From an uncultured Acidobacteriota bacterium (GTDB taxonomy: Bacteria; Acidobacteriota; Thermoanaerobaculia; Multivoradales; JAHEKO01): 64,000 bases of DNA. The stretch covers positions 192,001-256,000 of the forward strand of contig CAVQNG010000025.1 of NCBI GenBank assembly GCA_963713825.1. Reading direction: 5' to 3'. The notes beneath the pieces were generated by a model. That model saw only the letters and a program-made list of their open reading frames with translations. It was not told the DNA's origin and ran no database searches. This document shows, in pieces, positions 1-9,863 of the stretch (positions are counted from its first letter, which is position 1; every line of letters starts with the position of its first letter). A program made the position numbers and the translations under genes.

Positions 1-2
1 GG

Positions 3-1505
3 TTTCTCTCCGAGGCGGCCCGGCTGGCAGTCGAGCAGCCGAGCACAGCTGCCTATTCGTTCATCGGCTGGCCTCTTTCTGGATTGATGTCGTACTCGGC
101 CTGGGCGGGAATCGAGCGCGGTCTTTGGTGGGGTCATGCCATCACCTCGCTCTTGTTCATTGCCATTCTGCCTCTGACGAAGATGTTCCATTCGGTGGCG
201 GTGATCGTCAATGTGGCTCTGACCGACGTCAAAAGCCTCCGATTGGTCAGACCCATGTACGTCAGCGAGCTGATGGAGGATCCCGAGGCCGACTTCGACG
301 ACATCTCCCTCGGCTCCCACCAGGCGAGCGAGTTCACGTGGAAGCAATTACTGGACTCGGTCTCTTGTACCGAGTGTGCTCGATGCACCACGGTTTGTCC
401 GGCGCACGCGACTGGGCGACCGCTGTCGCCCATGAAGCTGATCACCGACATCCGGCAGGATCTCTACGCGAGAACGATCCGCAAGGAAACGGAGCCGGAA
501 GAGCTCGTTGGCGGGCGAATCAAGAATGCGGAACTGTGGTCGTGTACCAGCTGCGGAGCCTGCACGGGGGCGTGCCCTGTTCTCATCGACCATGTACCCA
601 CCTTCACCGACATGCGTCGCTATCTGGTGCTCTCCGAAGGCGAGCCTCCCGAGCAGGCGATGGAGGCTCTCGAAGGCATGACGAACCGGGGCAATCCATG
701 GGCCCTGCCGGCTTCCGATCGTCTGAAATGGGCCTCCGAAGCCGCCTTGGACATCCCCCTCATGGCCGAGAAGAAGAAGGCCGACGTCCTCTACTGGGTG
801 GGTTGCGCAGGCGCCTACGATCCCCGCAATCAGGAAGTGGCCAGAGCCTTTGTGAAGATCCTCCAGCAGGCCGGGGTGGATTTCGCGGTGCTGGGGGAGG
901 AGGAGACCTGCACGGGTGACTCGGCGCGCCGCCTCGGCGAGGAATATCTCTTCGAGACTCTCGCCCTCCAGAACATCGAGACCCTGAAGCAGTACGACTT
1001 CAAGACCATCGTCACCCCCTGTCCCCACTGCATGCACTCTCTGGGAACCGAGTACAAGGACTTCGATGGCGACTTCGAAGTCCAGCACCACTCTCAGCTC
1101 ATCTCTCAGCTGATGCAGTCGGGGAAGTTGAAGGTCGATGGTTCTACGAACGGCAAGGTGACGTTTCACGATCCCTGCTATTTGGGCCGCTACCAGGGAG
1201 AGTACGATGCACCTCGCGATCTCATCCAGGGCGCAGTGGGCAAATCGTCCATGGTGGAGATGGACTTCAGCCGTCAGGCGAGTTTCTGTTGTGGTGCTGG
1301 CGGTGGCAACATGTGGTACGAGATGGAGGAAGAGGACCGCATGAATCTGGCTCGAGTGCGACAGGCGGCGGCAACCGGAGCCGGTACTGTTGCCACGGCC
1401 TGCTCCTACTGCATGATCATGATGGACGATGCAGTCAAGGTCGAAGGTAGGGAAGACTCGCTGCAGGTCAAAGACGTAGCCGAGTTGGTCGCCGACAGGC
1501 TGTGA
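3..1505 (+). CDS. Heterodisulfide reductase-related Fe-S oxidoreductase (FadF/GlpC-like: membrane part, 2x[4Fe-4S], two CCG domains); 5'-truncated by window edge
   Basis: CTECARCTTVCP and CTSCGACTGACP ferredoxin motifs; YWVGC, ETCTG, TPCPHC, FHDPC, FCCGAGGG and TACSYC cysteine-rich CCG motifs; frame is open to the window start. Confidence 0.88.
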   Translation, partial: FLSEAARLAVEQPSTAAYSFIGWPLSGLMSYSAWAGIERGLWWGHAITSLLFIAILPLTKMFHSVAVIVNVALTDVKSLRLVRPMYVSELMEDPEADFDDISLGSHQASEFTWKQLLDSVSCTECARCTTVCPAHATGRPLSPMKLITDIRQDLYARTIRKETEPEELVGGRIKNAELWSCTSCGACTGACPVLIDHVPTFTDMRRYLVLSEGEPPEQAMEALEGMTNRGNPWALPASDRLKWASEAALDIPLMAEKKKADVLYWVGCAGAYDPRNQEVARAFVKILQQAGVDFAVLGEEETCTGDSARRLGEEYLFETLALQNIETLKQYDFKTIVTPCPHCMHSLGTEYKDFDGDFEVQHHSQLISQLMQSGKLKVDGSTNGKVTFHDPCYLGRYQGEYDAPRDLIQGAVGKSSMVEMDFSRQASFCCGAGGGNMWYEMEEEDRMNLARVRQAAATGAGTVATACSYCMIMMDDAVKVEGREDSLQVKDVAELVADRL

Positions 1506-1584
1506 TCGGGTCGACAGCGTTGTAACAAGACGCTCCTTCACGAGACCGAATAGGCAGGACGGTCTCTCGAAAGGAGTGTCAACC

Positions 1585-2040
1585 ATGCACAAACGTGAAG
1601 TCGTCGAAGTCCTGTCTTCTCTGGCCAGCGGAGCCCACCCGATTACAGGCGAGAGCTTCGAAGAGGACAGTCCCTACAACCATCCGACCGTAATTCGGGC
1701 CCTTTTCGGGTCCATCGATCTGATCGAGTCTCGGTCGGGCCGGGTGAAGATGACCCTGGAGGAGATCAACCGCCAGGAGGGGAAACCTCTACGCAGCAAC
1801 ATGCGCTGGTCCGAGGAGGAGGAGCGGCGCTTGATCGAGTTGCTCGAAGAGGGGGTTTCGACGGGTGAAATTGCCTCCCAGTTCGACCGTACGAGAGGGG
1901 CGATTCACAGTCGATTGCAGGGCCGAGGACTCCTCGAGAGAGAGGAGATGCTCAACCTCTCTGAAGAGGAGTTGCTTGGTGTACTACGTTCGAGGCTCGC
2001 GGCTCGATCGGATGACTCGAACGAGGCCGAAAGGCCCTAG
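1585..2040 (+). CDS. Conserved hypothetical protein with C-terminal Myb/HTH-like segment
   Basis: AAGGAG RBS before ATG 1585; LASGAHPITGE...NHPTVIRALF N-terminal motif; WSEEEERRL...GEIASQFDRTRGAIHSRL HTH-like region. Confidence 0.7.
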   Translation: MHKREVVEVLSSLASGAHPITGESFEEDSPYNHPTVIRALFGSIDLIESRSGRVKMTLEEINRQEGKPLRSNMRWSEEEERRLIELLEEGVSTGEIASQFDRTRGAIHSRLQGRGLLEREEMLNLSEEELLGVLRSRLAARSDDSNEAERP

Positions 2041-2217
2041 GAGTTGGTTGCCGCAAAGCGCTCGCCAGCCCAGCCCATCGCGGCACCACCCAAGGTAAAC
2101 AGGATCAGGGCATCGATTCTCCACCAGATCCACATCTGCAACGGTAGGTCGAAGACCCCGGACATGGCGAAATAGCTCATGGCGCTGAAGAGTCCGAGGC
2201 AAAGCCCCCATTTTCAT
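2037..2217 (-). pseudogene. Probable remnant of a small membrane-protein gene (frameshift or internal deletion right after the start)
   Basis: AAGGAGG RBS then ATG AAA; the hydrophobic reading WGLCLGLFSAMSYFAMSGVFDLPLQMWIWWRIDALILFTLGGAAMGWAGERF* is one base out of frame with that ATG; its stop shares CTAG with the convergent gene. Confidence 0.4.
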
Positions 2218-2438
2218 GGCCTGCCTCCTTGCCTCGAAAGGGGTGCTGCGGGAAATGGTGAGGTGATTCGCTCATACCCACCCTGACAGAGCGGAGGCAG
2301 GGGCATGCGCCAGGTGCCGCAATCTCCCACTCCGTCGGCGTCATGCAACCTTTGGGCTGATAATCTCGTTACTCCTGGTGGTTGGCGCGGTTCGCGCCGC
2401 AGGATCGATTCATTCAATTTCCTCGAGAGGGATTCACG

Positions 2439-5400
2439 ATGCAAGCGAAACGCTTCCGCGTGCTCATGGTCGCAATGGTGTTGCTGCTGGTCGGTGCCGT
2501 TGCCGCTTTCGCCCAGACCAAGCTGTTGCGCTACCCCGACATCAGTGGCGACCAGGTCGTCTTCACCTATGCCGGTGATCTATGGCTCGCCTCAGAATCG
2601 GGGGGTACTGCCCGGCGCTTGACCGCCCATCCGGGCCTCGAGGTGTTCGCCAAGTTCTCTCCAGACGGTCAGTGGATTGCCTTTACTGGCCAGTACGACG
2701 GGGACGAGCAGGTCTACGTCGTGCCGGTCACGGGTGGTGCGCCGAGGCAGCTCACCTTCTATCCAGCCAAGGGACCCTTCGCTCCCAGATGGGGCTTCGA
2801 CAATCAGGTCTATGACTGGACACACGATGGCAGCGGGATTCTCTTTCGGTCGATGAGATATGGCTACGACCTCTCGGACACGCGCCTGTTCAAGGTGTCG
2901 GTCGAAGGGGGACTGCCGGAGCCCCTGGCGATGCCTATTTCCGGGGCGGGCGATCTGTCACCGGACGGTACGCAGGTCGTCTACTCGCCGCTGGTGCGCG
3001 ACTTCCGAACCTGGAAGCGCTACGAGGGGGGTTGGGCTCAAGAGCTCTACATCTTCGATCTCGATTCCTACGATTTCGAGCAGATCACCGACCACCCTCG
3101 CGCCGACAGGGACCCGATGTGGATTGGTGGGAAGATCTACTTCACCTCGGATCGTGACGGCAAGAACAACCTGTTTTCCTACGATACCCTCAGCAAGGTC
3201 ACCGAACAGTTGACCCAGGAGGATGTCTGGGACATCCGGTGGCCGGGCGACGACGGGGAGAGCCGTATCGTTTACGAGCTGGATGGCGAGCTCCAGGTCT
3301 TCGACGTCGCCGCGGGTGGCTCTCGCCCGCTATCGATCTTCGTGCCGGACGACGGTCTCTACAAGCGGCCGACACTCAAGGCCGTCGGCGACCGGATCGA
3401 GGGATTTGCACTCAGCCCGAAGGGTGAGAGAGCCCTGTTTGTGGCGCGAGGCGATGTGTTCACAGCACCCGTCGAGAAGGGCCCGACCCGCAACCTGACC
3501 GCGAGCTCCCGAGCCCACGACAAATGGGCAAGCTGGTCGCCCGACGGTCGCAAAATCGCCTACATTTCCGATGGAACCGGTGAAGAAGAGCTCTACATCA
3601 TCGATCAGGACGGCTCGGGAGAGCCCGAACAGTTGACAGTCAATGGGGATGCCATGCGGTATGCCCCGATCTGGGCGCCCGACGGCGAGCGCATTGCCTT
3701 CACCGACAAGAACGGCAAGCTCTGGGTTGTCAACGTCGATACGAAGGCGGTGACGCTGGTGGCGGATGACCAGCAGGGTGCAATCGACTCCTATGTCTGG
3801 TCGCCCAACGGCGGGCATCTCGCGTTCATTCTCAGCGAAGTGACTGGTTTCGGCTCCATTCATATTTGGAGCGTCGGCGGTGAGACGACCCAACAGATCA
3901 CGAGCGAGCTCTTCAACGAGTTCGATCTGGCCTGGGATCCCGAAGGCAAATACCTCTACTATCTGTCGGATCGTGAGTACACACCCCAGATCTCGTCGCT
4001 CGAGTGGAACTTCGCCACGGATCGCGAGACTTTCCTCTACGCCCTGGCCCTGCGAGCAGACGTGGAGCATCCTTTGCCCCCGGAGAGCGACGAGGTAACG
4101 CTCGATGCGGACGAGGAGAAGGATGAAGCGGAGGAGGAAGAGGGCGACGTCGAAAAGGCTTATATCGGGATCGACATCGAGGGGCTCGGCGAACGAGTTG
4201 CCCGAATTCCGGTGGAGTCGGACAACTACGGAGGTCTGGCCGCCGCCAAGGGTTTTATTCTCTTCTCCCGAGGAGGGCCGTTCTACTACGGCAGGGGCTC
4301 GGACATCAAAACCGAGCTCAAGATCTTCTCCTTCGAGGATCGAGAAGCCAAGACGCTGGCCGAAGACATCCAGGGCTACGCTCTGTCGTCGGATGGCTCG
4401 AAGGTGCTGGCACGGCATTCGTCCGGCTTCAAGCTCTACGAGGTGACGGCGAATGGAAAGGAGTCGGCCAAGGAGGTCTCGACCGCCAACCTGAAGAGCC
4501 GGGTCGTGCCGCAGGAGGAGTGGGCGGAGATCTTCGACGAAGTGTGGCGCCGGTATCGCGATTTCTTCTATGTCGAGAACATGCACGGCTACGATTGGGC
4601 AGGGCTGCGTGAGCAGTATCGGCCCTGGTTGGAGCACGTCGGACACCGCTCCGATCTCAACTATCTACTCGGCGAAATGATCGCCGAGCTGAGCGTCGGT
4701 CATGCCTATGTCTCTGGCGGCGACTTCGACCTTCCCAAGAGGCACGCGGTCGCCCTTCCCGGCGCCGAGTTCGAGCTCGACGCCACTGCCGATCGGTACA
4801 GAATCGCCAGGATCCTGCCGGGTCACAACGAGGAGGATGAGTACCGCTCACCGCTCACCGAGATCGGCATCAAGATTCAGGCGGGCGACTACGTGCTAGC
4901 CATCGACGGCGAGGAGCTCACCGGCAGCACGAATCCCTACCAGCTACTGAGAGACAAAGCCGACCGCCCAGTGGAGCTCACGGTGAATGCCGCGCCGACC
5001 ATGGCTGGAGCGCGAAAGGTCACCTTCAACCCGATCCGTGCGGAGACCAGTCTCCGTTATCTGGCCTGGGTCGAGGGCAATTACGAGCGGGTCTCGGAGA
5101 TGACCGACGGCCGGGTGGGCTACATGCACATTCCGGACATGGGGGACACCGGGCTGAGCGAATTCGTCAAGTGGTATTACCCGCAGATCCGCAAAGAGGG
5201 GCTGATCGTGGATGTACGGGGCAATGGTGGAGGCAACGTGTCTCAGATGGTGATCGAGCGGCTCGCTCGCAAGCCTCTGGGCACTGGATTTGGTCGCAAC
5301 AGCGCTGTCCCCGACACCTATCCGGGGACGTCCTTCTACGGTCACATGGCTTGTCTGCTGGACGAGGACTCGGCCTCGGATGGTGACATCTTCCCCTACT

Positions 5401-5717
5401 ATTTCCGCGAGGCAGGTCTCGGGCCCCTGATTGGAAAACGGACTTGGGGCGGTGTCGTCGGCATCGCTGGGAGAGGTCCGCTGATCGACGGAGGAACGAT
5501 CTACGTGCCTGAGTTCAGCACCAACGACCTGGACGGCAATTGGATCATCGAGGGCATCGGGGTGGAGCCCGACATCGAGGTCGAGAACGATCCGAAGTCG
5601 ATTCTCGAGGGCCGCGATCCACAGCTCGAGCGGGCTGTCGAAGAGGTGCTGAAGGCAATGCAGGCAGATCCGAGAGTGCTGCCTGCGCGACCGGAGCCTC
5701 CGATCAAGACCCAGTAG
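2439..5717 (+). CDS. Tricorn protease homolog, S41 family (signal peptide, beta-propellers, PDZ, tail-specific protease domain)
   Basis: Signal peptide ending AFA-Q; LLRYPDI start; PD40-like repeats; GYMHIPDMG, DVRGNGGG, SASDGD (catalytic Ser) and GKRTWGG motifs. Confidence 0.93.
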   Translation: MQAKRFRVLMVAMVLLLVGAVAAFAQTKLLRYPDISGDQVVFTYAGDLWLASESGGTARRLTAHPGLEVFAKFSPDGQWIAFTGQYDGDEQVYVVPVTGGAPRQLTFYPAKGPFAPRWGFDNQVYDWTHDGSGILFRSMRYGYDLSDTRLFKVSVEGGLPEPLAMPISGAGDLSPDGTQVVYSPLVRDFRTWKRYEGGWAQELYIFDLDSYDFEQITDHPRADRDPMWIGGKIYFTSDRDGKNNLFSYDTLSKVTEQLTQEDVWDIRWPGDDGESRIVYELDGELQVFDVAAGGSRPLSIFVPDDGLYKRPTLKAVGDRIEGFALSPKGERALFVARGDVFTAPVEKGPTRNLTASSRAHDKWASWSPDGRKIAYISDGTGEEELYIIDQDGSGEPEQLTVNGDAMRYAPIWAPDGERIAFTDKNGKLWVVNVDTKAVTLVADDQQGAIDSYVWSPNGGHLAFILSEVTGFGSIHIWSVGGETTQQITSELFNEFDLAWDPEGKYLYYLSDREYTPQISSLEWNFATDRETFLYALALRADVEHPLPPESDEVTLDADEEKDEAEEEEGDVEKAYIGIDIEGLGERVARIPVESDNYGGLAAAKGFILFSRGGPFYYGRGSDIKTELKIFSFEDREAKTLAEDIQGYALSSDGSKVLARHSSGFKLYEVTANGKESAKEVSTANLKSRVVPQEEWAEIFDEVWRRYRDFFYVENMHGYDWAGLREQYRPWLEHVGHRSDLNYLLGEMIAELSVGHAYVSGGDFDLPKRHAVALPGAEFELDATADRYRIARILPGHNEEDEYRSPLTEIGIKIQAGDYVLAIDGEELTGSTNPYQLLRDKADRPVELTVNAAPTMAGARKVTFNPIRAETSLRYLAWVEGNYERVSEMTDGRVGYMHIPDMGDTGLSEFVKWYYPQIRKEGLIVDVRGNGGGNVSQMVIERLARKPLGTGFGRNSAVPDTYPGTSFYGHMACLLDEDSASDGDIFPYYFREAGLGPLIGKRTWGGVVGIAGRGPLIDGGTIYVPEFSTNDLDGNWIIEGIGVEPDIEVENDPKSILEGRDPQLERAVEEVLKAMQADPRVLPARPEPPIKTQ

Positions 5718-5738
5718 ACAGGAGCACCGCAGGGCATC

Positions 5739-5769
5739 GAAGGGGGCCGAACTTCGGCCCCCTTTCTTC
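5739..5769 (+). terminator. Rho-independent terminator after the tricorn gene
   Basis: AAGGGGGCCGAA-C-TTCGGCCCCCTT perfect inverted repeat with a pyrimidine tail. Confidence 0.75.
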
Positions 5770-5887
5770 GTGCCACCGTGATGGGTGGACGAGGAGAGGA
5801 AGCTGGCCAGGGCCTTGACGCTGCAGCGGTTCTGCTTAAGTCTTAAATCCGACGTCGAAGCGACCATCTCGGGCTAGAATGCTCAGG

Positions 5888-6994
5888 ATGCTCGCCGTCG
5901 GGATCGTCGGTCTGCCCAACGTCGGAAAGTCCAGCCTCTTCAATGCTCTCTCGGCCGGGCAGGCTGAGGTCTCCAACTATCCGTTCACCACCATCGACAG
6001 CAACCTGGGTGTTGTATCGGTCCCGGATCCACGGCTCGAAGAGCTCGAGAGAGTCATCGAGCCCAAGCAGTGTCATCCAGCCCATTTCGAGTTCATCGAC
6101 ATCGCCGGCCTGGTTGAAGGGGCCAGTCGAGGCGAAGGCCTTGGCAACCAGTTCCTGGGTGCCATCCGTCAGGTCGATGCCATCGCTCATGTGGTGCGCT
6201 GCTTCGGCGGCACCGAGGTGGCGCACGTCTTTACCGACATCGATGCAGTCCGCGACGCCGAGATCGTCGAGACGGAACTGCTGCTGGCCGACCTCGAGAT
6301 TCTGCGCAAGAACCTCGAGAAGCGGCGCAAGGAGTGGCAGACGAACGCCAAGGCCGACAAAGGCGACAAGGAGCGCCTCGAGCACTACCTCGAGCTGCTG
6401 GAGGAGGGAGTTCCCCTGCGGAGCGCGCGACCCGACCGCGACGCGCTGCAGGAGATGAAGGCCCTCGGCCTGCTGACGGGCAAGCCCATCTTGTATGTGG
6501 CCAATGTGGGAGAACAGGAGCTGGGCGGCGAGGGATTGCCCGGCGTGGAGGCCCTGGAGCAACTGGGCCCCTGGCCTGGCGCCACCGAGAAGGCCATCGT
6601 GGTGCCGGTCTCGGCGAAGATCGAATGGGAGCTCATGCAGCTCGAGCCCGATGAGCGCCTCCTGTTCATGGCGGAGCTCGGTCTCGAGGCTACCGGTCTC
6701 GACCGGGTCATCGAGGCCTCGTTTCAACTCCTGGGCCTGATCCGCTTCTACACTCTGGCGAATCAAAAGCTACAGGCCTGGGAGATTCCCTCAGGGACTC
6801 ATGCACCGCAAGCGGCGGGGCAGATTCACACCGATATGGAGCGTGGGTTCATTCGAGCCCATGTAGCCTCGTTCGAGCAGGTGCGGGAGCACGGCAGCTT
6901 TCAGCAGCTCCTTCACCTGGGACTGTTGCGGAGGGAAGGTAAGGATTACGCCATCCAGGACGGCGATGTCGTGGAGTTCTTCTTCAGCGGCTGA
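5888..6994 (+). CDS. ychF: Redox-regulated ATPase YchF (Obg family)
   Basis: GIVGLPNVGKSSLFN, NYPFTTI, DIAGLV, GEGLGNQFL, NVGE motifs and C-terminal TGS (IHTDMERGFIRA...EGKDY.IQDGDV); start 5879 or 5888. Confidence 0.95.
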   Translation: MLAVGIVGLPNVGKSSLFNALSAGQAEVSNYPFTTIDSNLGVVSVPDPRLEELERVIEPKQCHPAHFEFIDIAGLVEGASRGEGLGNQFLGAIRQVDAIAHVVRCFGGTEVAHVFTDIDAVRDAEIVETELLLADLEILRKNLEKRRKEWQTNAKADKGDKERLEHYLELLEEGVPLRSARPDRDALQEMKALGLLTGKPILYVANVGEQELGGEGLPGVEALEQLGPWPGATEKAIVVPVSAKIEWELMQLEPDERLLFMAELGLEATGLDRVIEASFQLLGLIRFYTLANQKLQAWEIPSGTHAPQAAGQIHTDMERGFIRAHVASFEQVREHGSFQQLLHLGLLRREGKDYAIQDGDVVEFFFSG

Positions 6995-7043
6995 GTGCCG
7001 CTCGATTCGTAGTTCTACCGTCAGATTCAGGAGGGGGAGAGCG

Positions 7044-9710
7044 ATGAGACGCACTTGTATTTCGATGGGGTTGTGTGCGGCATTCGTGTTGGCGGCGGTT
7101 GTGGGTTCCCCAGCAGTCGCGCTGGGGCAGGTGTCGTCGTTCGCTGGGATCACGGGCCACGACTTCGGGGAACGGATCACCGTGCATCACGAGATGGTGA
7201 GCTATCTGGAGTACCTGGCCGAAGCCTCGCCCCGAGTGACGGTCGTTGAGCAGGGGAGATCATGGGAGGGTCGCCGACTCCTTCTGGCGATCGTAACGTC
7301 GCCAGGCAATCACGCCCGTCTGGAGTCGATTCGAGACACGGCGCAGCGACTTGCCGATCCGCGCCAGACCAGTGCCGATGAGGCTGCCTCCCTGGCCGCC
7401 GATCAGCCGGCCATTGTCTTCATGGGAGGCTCTATTCATGGCTTCGAGCTTTCCGGCGCGGAGGCGGTCCTCAAGCTCCTCGAGCACATGACGACCCGCG
7501 ATGACCCAGAGACGCTGGAGGTGTTGGACGGTGCCGTCCTACTGCTGGATCCCATGCTCAATCCGGATGGACGTGATGCCTTCGCCAACCGCAATCACGA
7601 GACGATCGGCAAGCAACCGACGGCCGTGAGAGACGATTGGTCCAATGACTTCTCCCGTTGGGAAGGGATCCAGTTCCGCACCGGCCACTATTTCTTCGAC
7701 AACAATCGCGACTGGTGGGCTCACACCCAAGACGTGACTCGGTACCGGGTTCCGACCCTGGTCGCTTGGCGGCCACAGGTCGTCATCGATCTGCATGAGA
7801 TGGGTCCCGATGTGGAGTTCTACTTCGACCCGCCATCGAAGCCATTCGGACCCTACTTCCCCGAGTTCTCGAAGACGTGGTTGGTCCGTTTCGGCGATGA
7901 CTACGCGCAGGCGTTTGACGCCGCAGGATTTGAGTACATGACTCGCGAGCGGTTCAACTTCTTCTACCCGGGGTACACGAGCTCCTATGGAAATTACCAG
8001 GGAGCGGTGGGCATGCTCTATGAGCAGGGCTCCACCCGGGGGCTCGCTCTCGAGCGTGCCGACGAGTCTGTCCGGCAGCTCGCCGATGCCCTGACGCAGC
8101 ACTACACCGCCGCTTGGACGGCTGCCCAAACTGCAGCGCGGAACAGGCAGGAGCTCCTGAGGGACTACCACCAGGGGCTTGGCGCAGCCGTGGAGGATGG
8201 CAAGAGCGGCATCACCCGGTACCTCCTGCCGCCGGAAGGCGATCCTCAATTGCTGAAAGAGCTCGTCTCGCTGCTGCTACGAAACGGCATCGAGGTCGGA
8301 AGGTTGAGCCAGGATGCTCAGCTGGCGAGCCTCCGGGATCGGTATGGAGATCAGGCTGGCAATCGAAGCTTCGCTGCGGGCACTTATGTTGTGGCAGCGG
8401 CCCAGCCCCTGAACCGTCTGGTTCGTGCGCTTTTGGAGCCGCAGCTCCCAATGCCCGACGAGTTCCTCGAGGAGGCGCGACAGCGGATCGATCGAGGCGA
8501 GAACCCCCGCTTCTACGACATCACGGCGTGGTCGCTGCCGTTGCTGTTCGATCAACCGGCCTTCAGCAGCTCGGGTGGCGGAGCCCTGGAAGTTGAAGCG
8601 GTCTCCAGTGTCGAGAGCGTCGGCTCGATGCCGTCTGCCGATCCGCGCTACGCCTACGTCTTCGATGGAAAGCAGGTCGCCTCGTTGGCAGCGCTGAGGG
8701 CCCTTCGAGAGAAAGGGTACCGGGCGGCAGTGACCCTGAAACCCACCCGTATCTCCGGCAGGGATCTGTCCAGTGGCTCGGTTGTCTTGCGCCTCGGACA
8801 GAACGAGGCGCAGCTTCACGCCGACGTTCGCGAGGTTGCCGAACACTTCGATCTGGCGCTTTTCGGAGTCGATACAGGTATGTCTGAGCCCGACTACCCA
8901 GCGCTGGGTTCGAGCGAGGTGATTCCATTCAAGACGCCAGAGATCGCCATTCTGGCGGGCCAACCCGTGCATGGCTATTCGTTCGGCTGGGCCTGGTACA
9001 CGCTGGATCGCCAGTATGAGATCCCCGTGACTGTGCGGCACGTGAGCAGCCTGGCCTCGACGCCGATTCATCGGTTCAATGTCATCGTGATACCGCATCT
9101 GTTCTCGGCTGAGGAGATGGCGACCCGACTGGGGGAGGACGGTGTTCGGCGACTTCAACAATGGGTCCAGGACGGCGGCAGTTTGGTCGCCATCGGATCC
9201 GCGGTCGATTTCGTTCGCGAGCATCTGGAGCTCACAGCGGTGCGCACCTGGTACGAGCCTCAGGAGCCGGGTAGAGGTGCCGAGGAGACCGAGGTCGAAG
9301 GTGAGTCGATGGAAGAGGCTCAGCCCTCGGAGCCAGAGCCTCAGCGGTTTTCCGTGCCAGGAGCGTTCCTCAGAGTCGAGCTCGACCAGGAGAGTTGGCT
9401 CAGCGCGGGAGTCGGAAACGAGCTCCCGGCCATGGTGACGTCCGATCGAATCTACCTCGAGCCGGAGGGAGCGCCCGATTCGAACCAGCGCTCAGTCGCC
9501 CGCTATTCGAGCAGAGACCCTTTGGTTCTCTCCGGGCACGTCTGGGCCGAGAGCGGCGAACGCCTACCGGGAACCCTGTTTGCTTATGAGGAAAGAGTTG
9601 GCGAGGGCAGGGTGATCCTCTTTGCAGAGGATCCCAATTTTCGGGCCTATTGGCGGGGCGCCAATCGACTGTTTCTCAATGCCGTCGTTCTGAGCCCCAG
9701 CGCCCCCTAG
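7044..9710 (+). CDS. Secreted M14 family zinc carboxypeptidase with C-terminal GATase-like domain
   Basis: RBS and signal peptide; SIHGFE (HxxE), NPDG, DNNRD, DLHEM motifs; YDITAWSLPL; FAEDPNFRAYW. Confidence 0.88.
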   Translation: MRRTCISMGLCAAFVLAAVVGSPAVALGQVSSFAGITGHDFGERITVHHEMVSYLEYLAEASPRVTVVEQGRSWEGRRLLLAIVTSPGNHARLESIRDTAQRLADPRQTSADEAASLAADQPAIVFMGGSIHGFELSGAEAVLKLLEHMTTRDDPETLEVLDGAVLLLDPMLNPDGRDAFANRNHETIGKQPTAVRDDWSNDFSRWEGIQFRTGHYFFDNNRDWWAHTQDVTRYRVPTLVAWRPQVVIDLHEMGPDVEFYFDPPSKPFGPYFPEFSKTWLVRFGDDYAQAFDAAGFEYMTRERFNFFYPGYTSSYGNYQGAVGMLYEQGSTRGLALERADESVRQLADALTQHYTAAWTAAQTAARNRQELLRDYHQGLGAAVEDGKSGITRYLLPPEGDPQLLKELVSLLLRNGIEVGRLSQDAQLASLRDRYGDQAGNRSFAAGTYVVAAAQPLNRLVRALLEPQLPMPDEFLEEARQRIDRGENPRFYDITAWSLPLLFDQPAFSSSGGGALEVEAVSSVESVGSMPSADPRYAYVFDGKQVASLAALRALREKGYRAAVTLKPTRISGRDLSSGSVVLRLGQNEAQLHADVREVAEHFDLALFGVDTGMSEPDYPALGSSEVIPFKTPEIAILAGQPVHGYSFGWAWYTLDRQYEIPVTVRHVSSLASTPIHRFNVIVIPHLFSAEEMATRLGEDGVRRLQQWVQDGGSLVAIGSAVDFVREHLELTAVRTWYEPQEPGRGAEETEVEGESMEEAQPSEPEPQRFSVPGAFLRVELDQESWLSAGVGNELPAMVTSDRIYLEPEGAPDSNQRSVARYSSRDPLVLSGHVWAESGERLPGTLFAYEERVGEGRVILFAEDPNFRAYWRGANRLFLNAVVLSPSAP

Positions 9711-9863
9711 ACGCCGGGACCTCTGGTATTCGGGTTGTCCTTCGAACTCGCCGCTCAAGTGGCAGGGGCTTTGGAGGTCTTGTAGGATTTACTCTCCGTC
9801 GGTATCGAGAACCGTGGTTGGGGAAGGGCCAGTAGCGGAAGCAGAAAGGAGAGGTGTCCCAAC

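Noticed and set aside
2300-2345. MTPTEWEIAA on the minus strand resembling a LuxR HTH start
   Set aside because: The match is too short and the rest of the HTH is missing.
3330-4646. Long antisense or alternative-frame ORFs (also 348-1592, 10002-11195, 18611-19393, 50628-51941 and others)
   Set aside because: They are shadows of well-supported genes, expected in high-GC coding DNA, and have no recognisable motifs.
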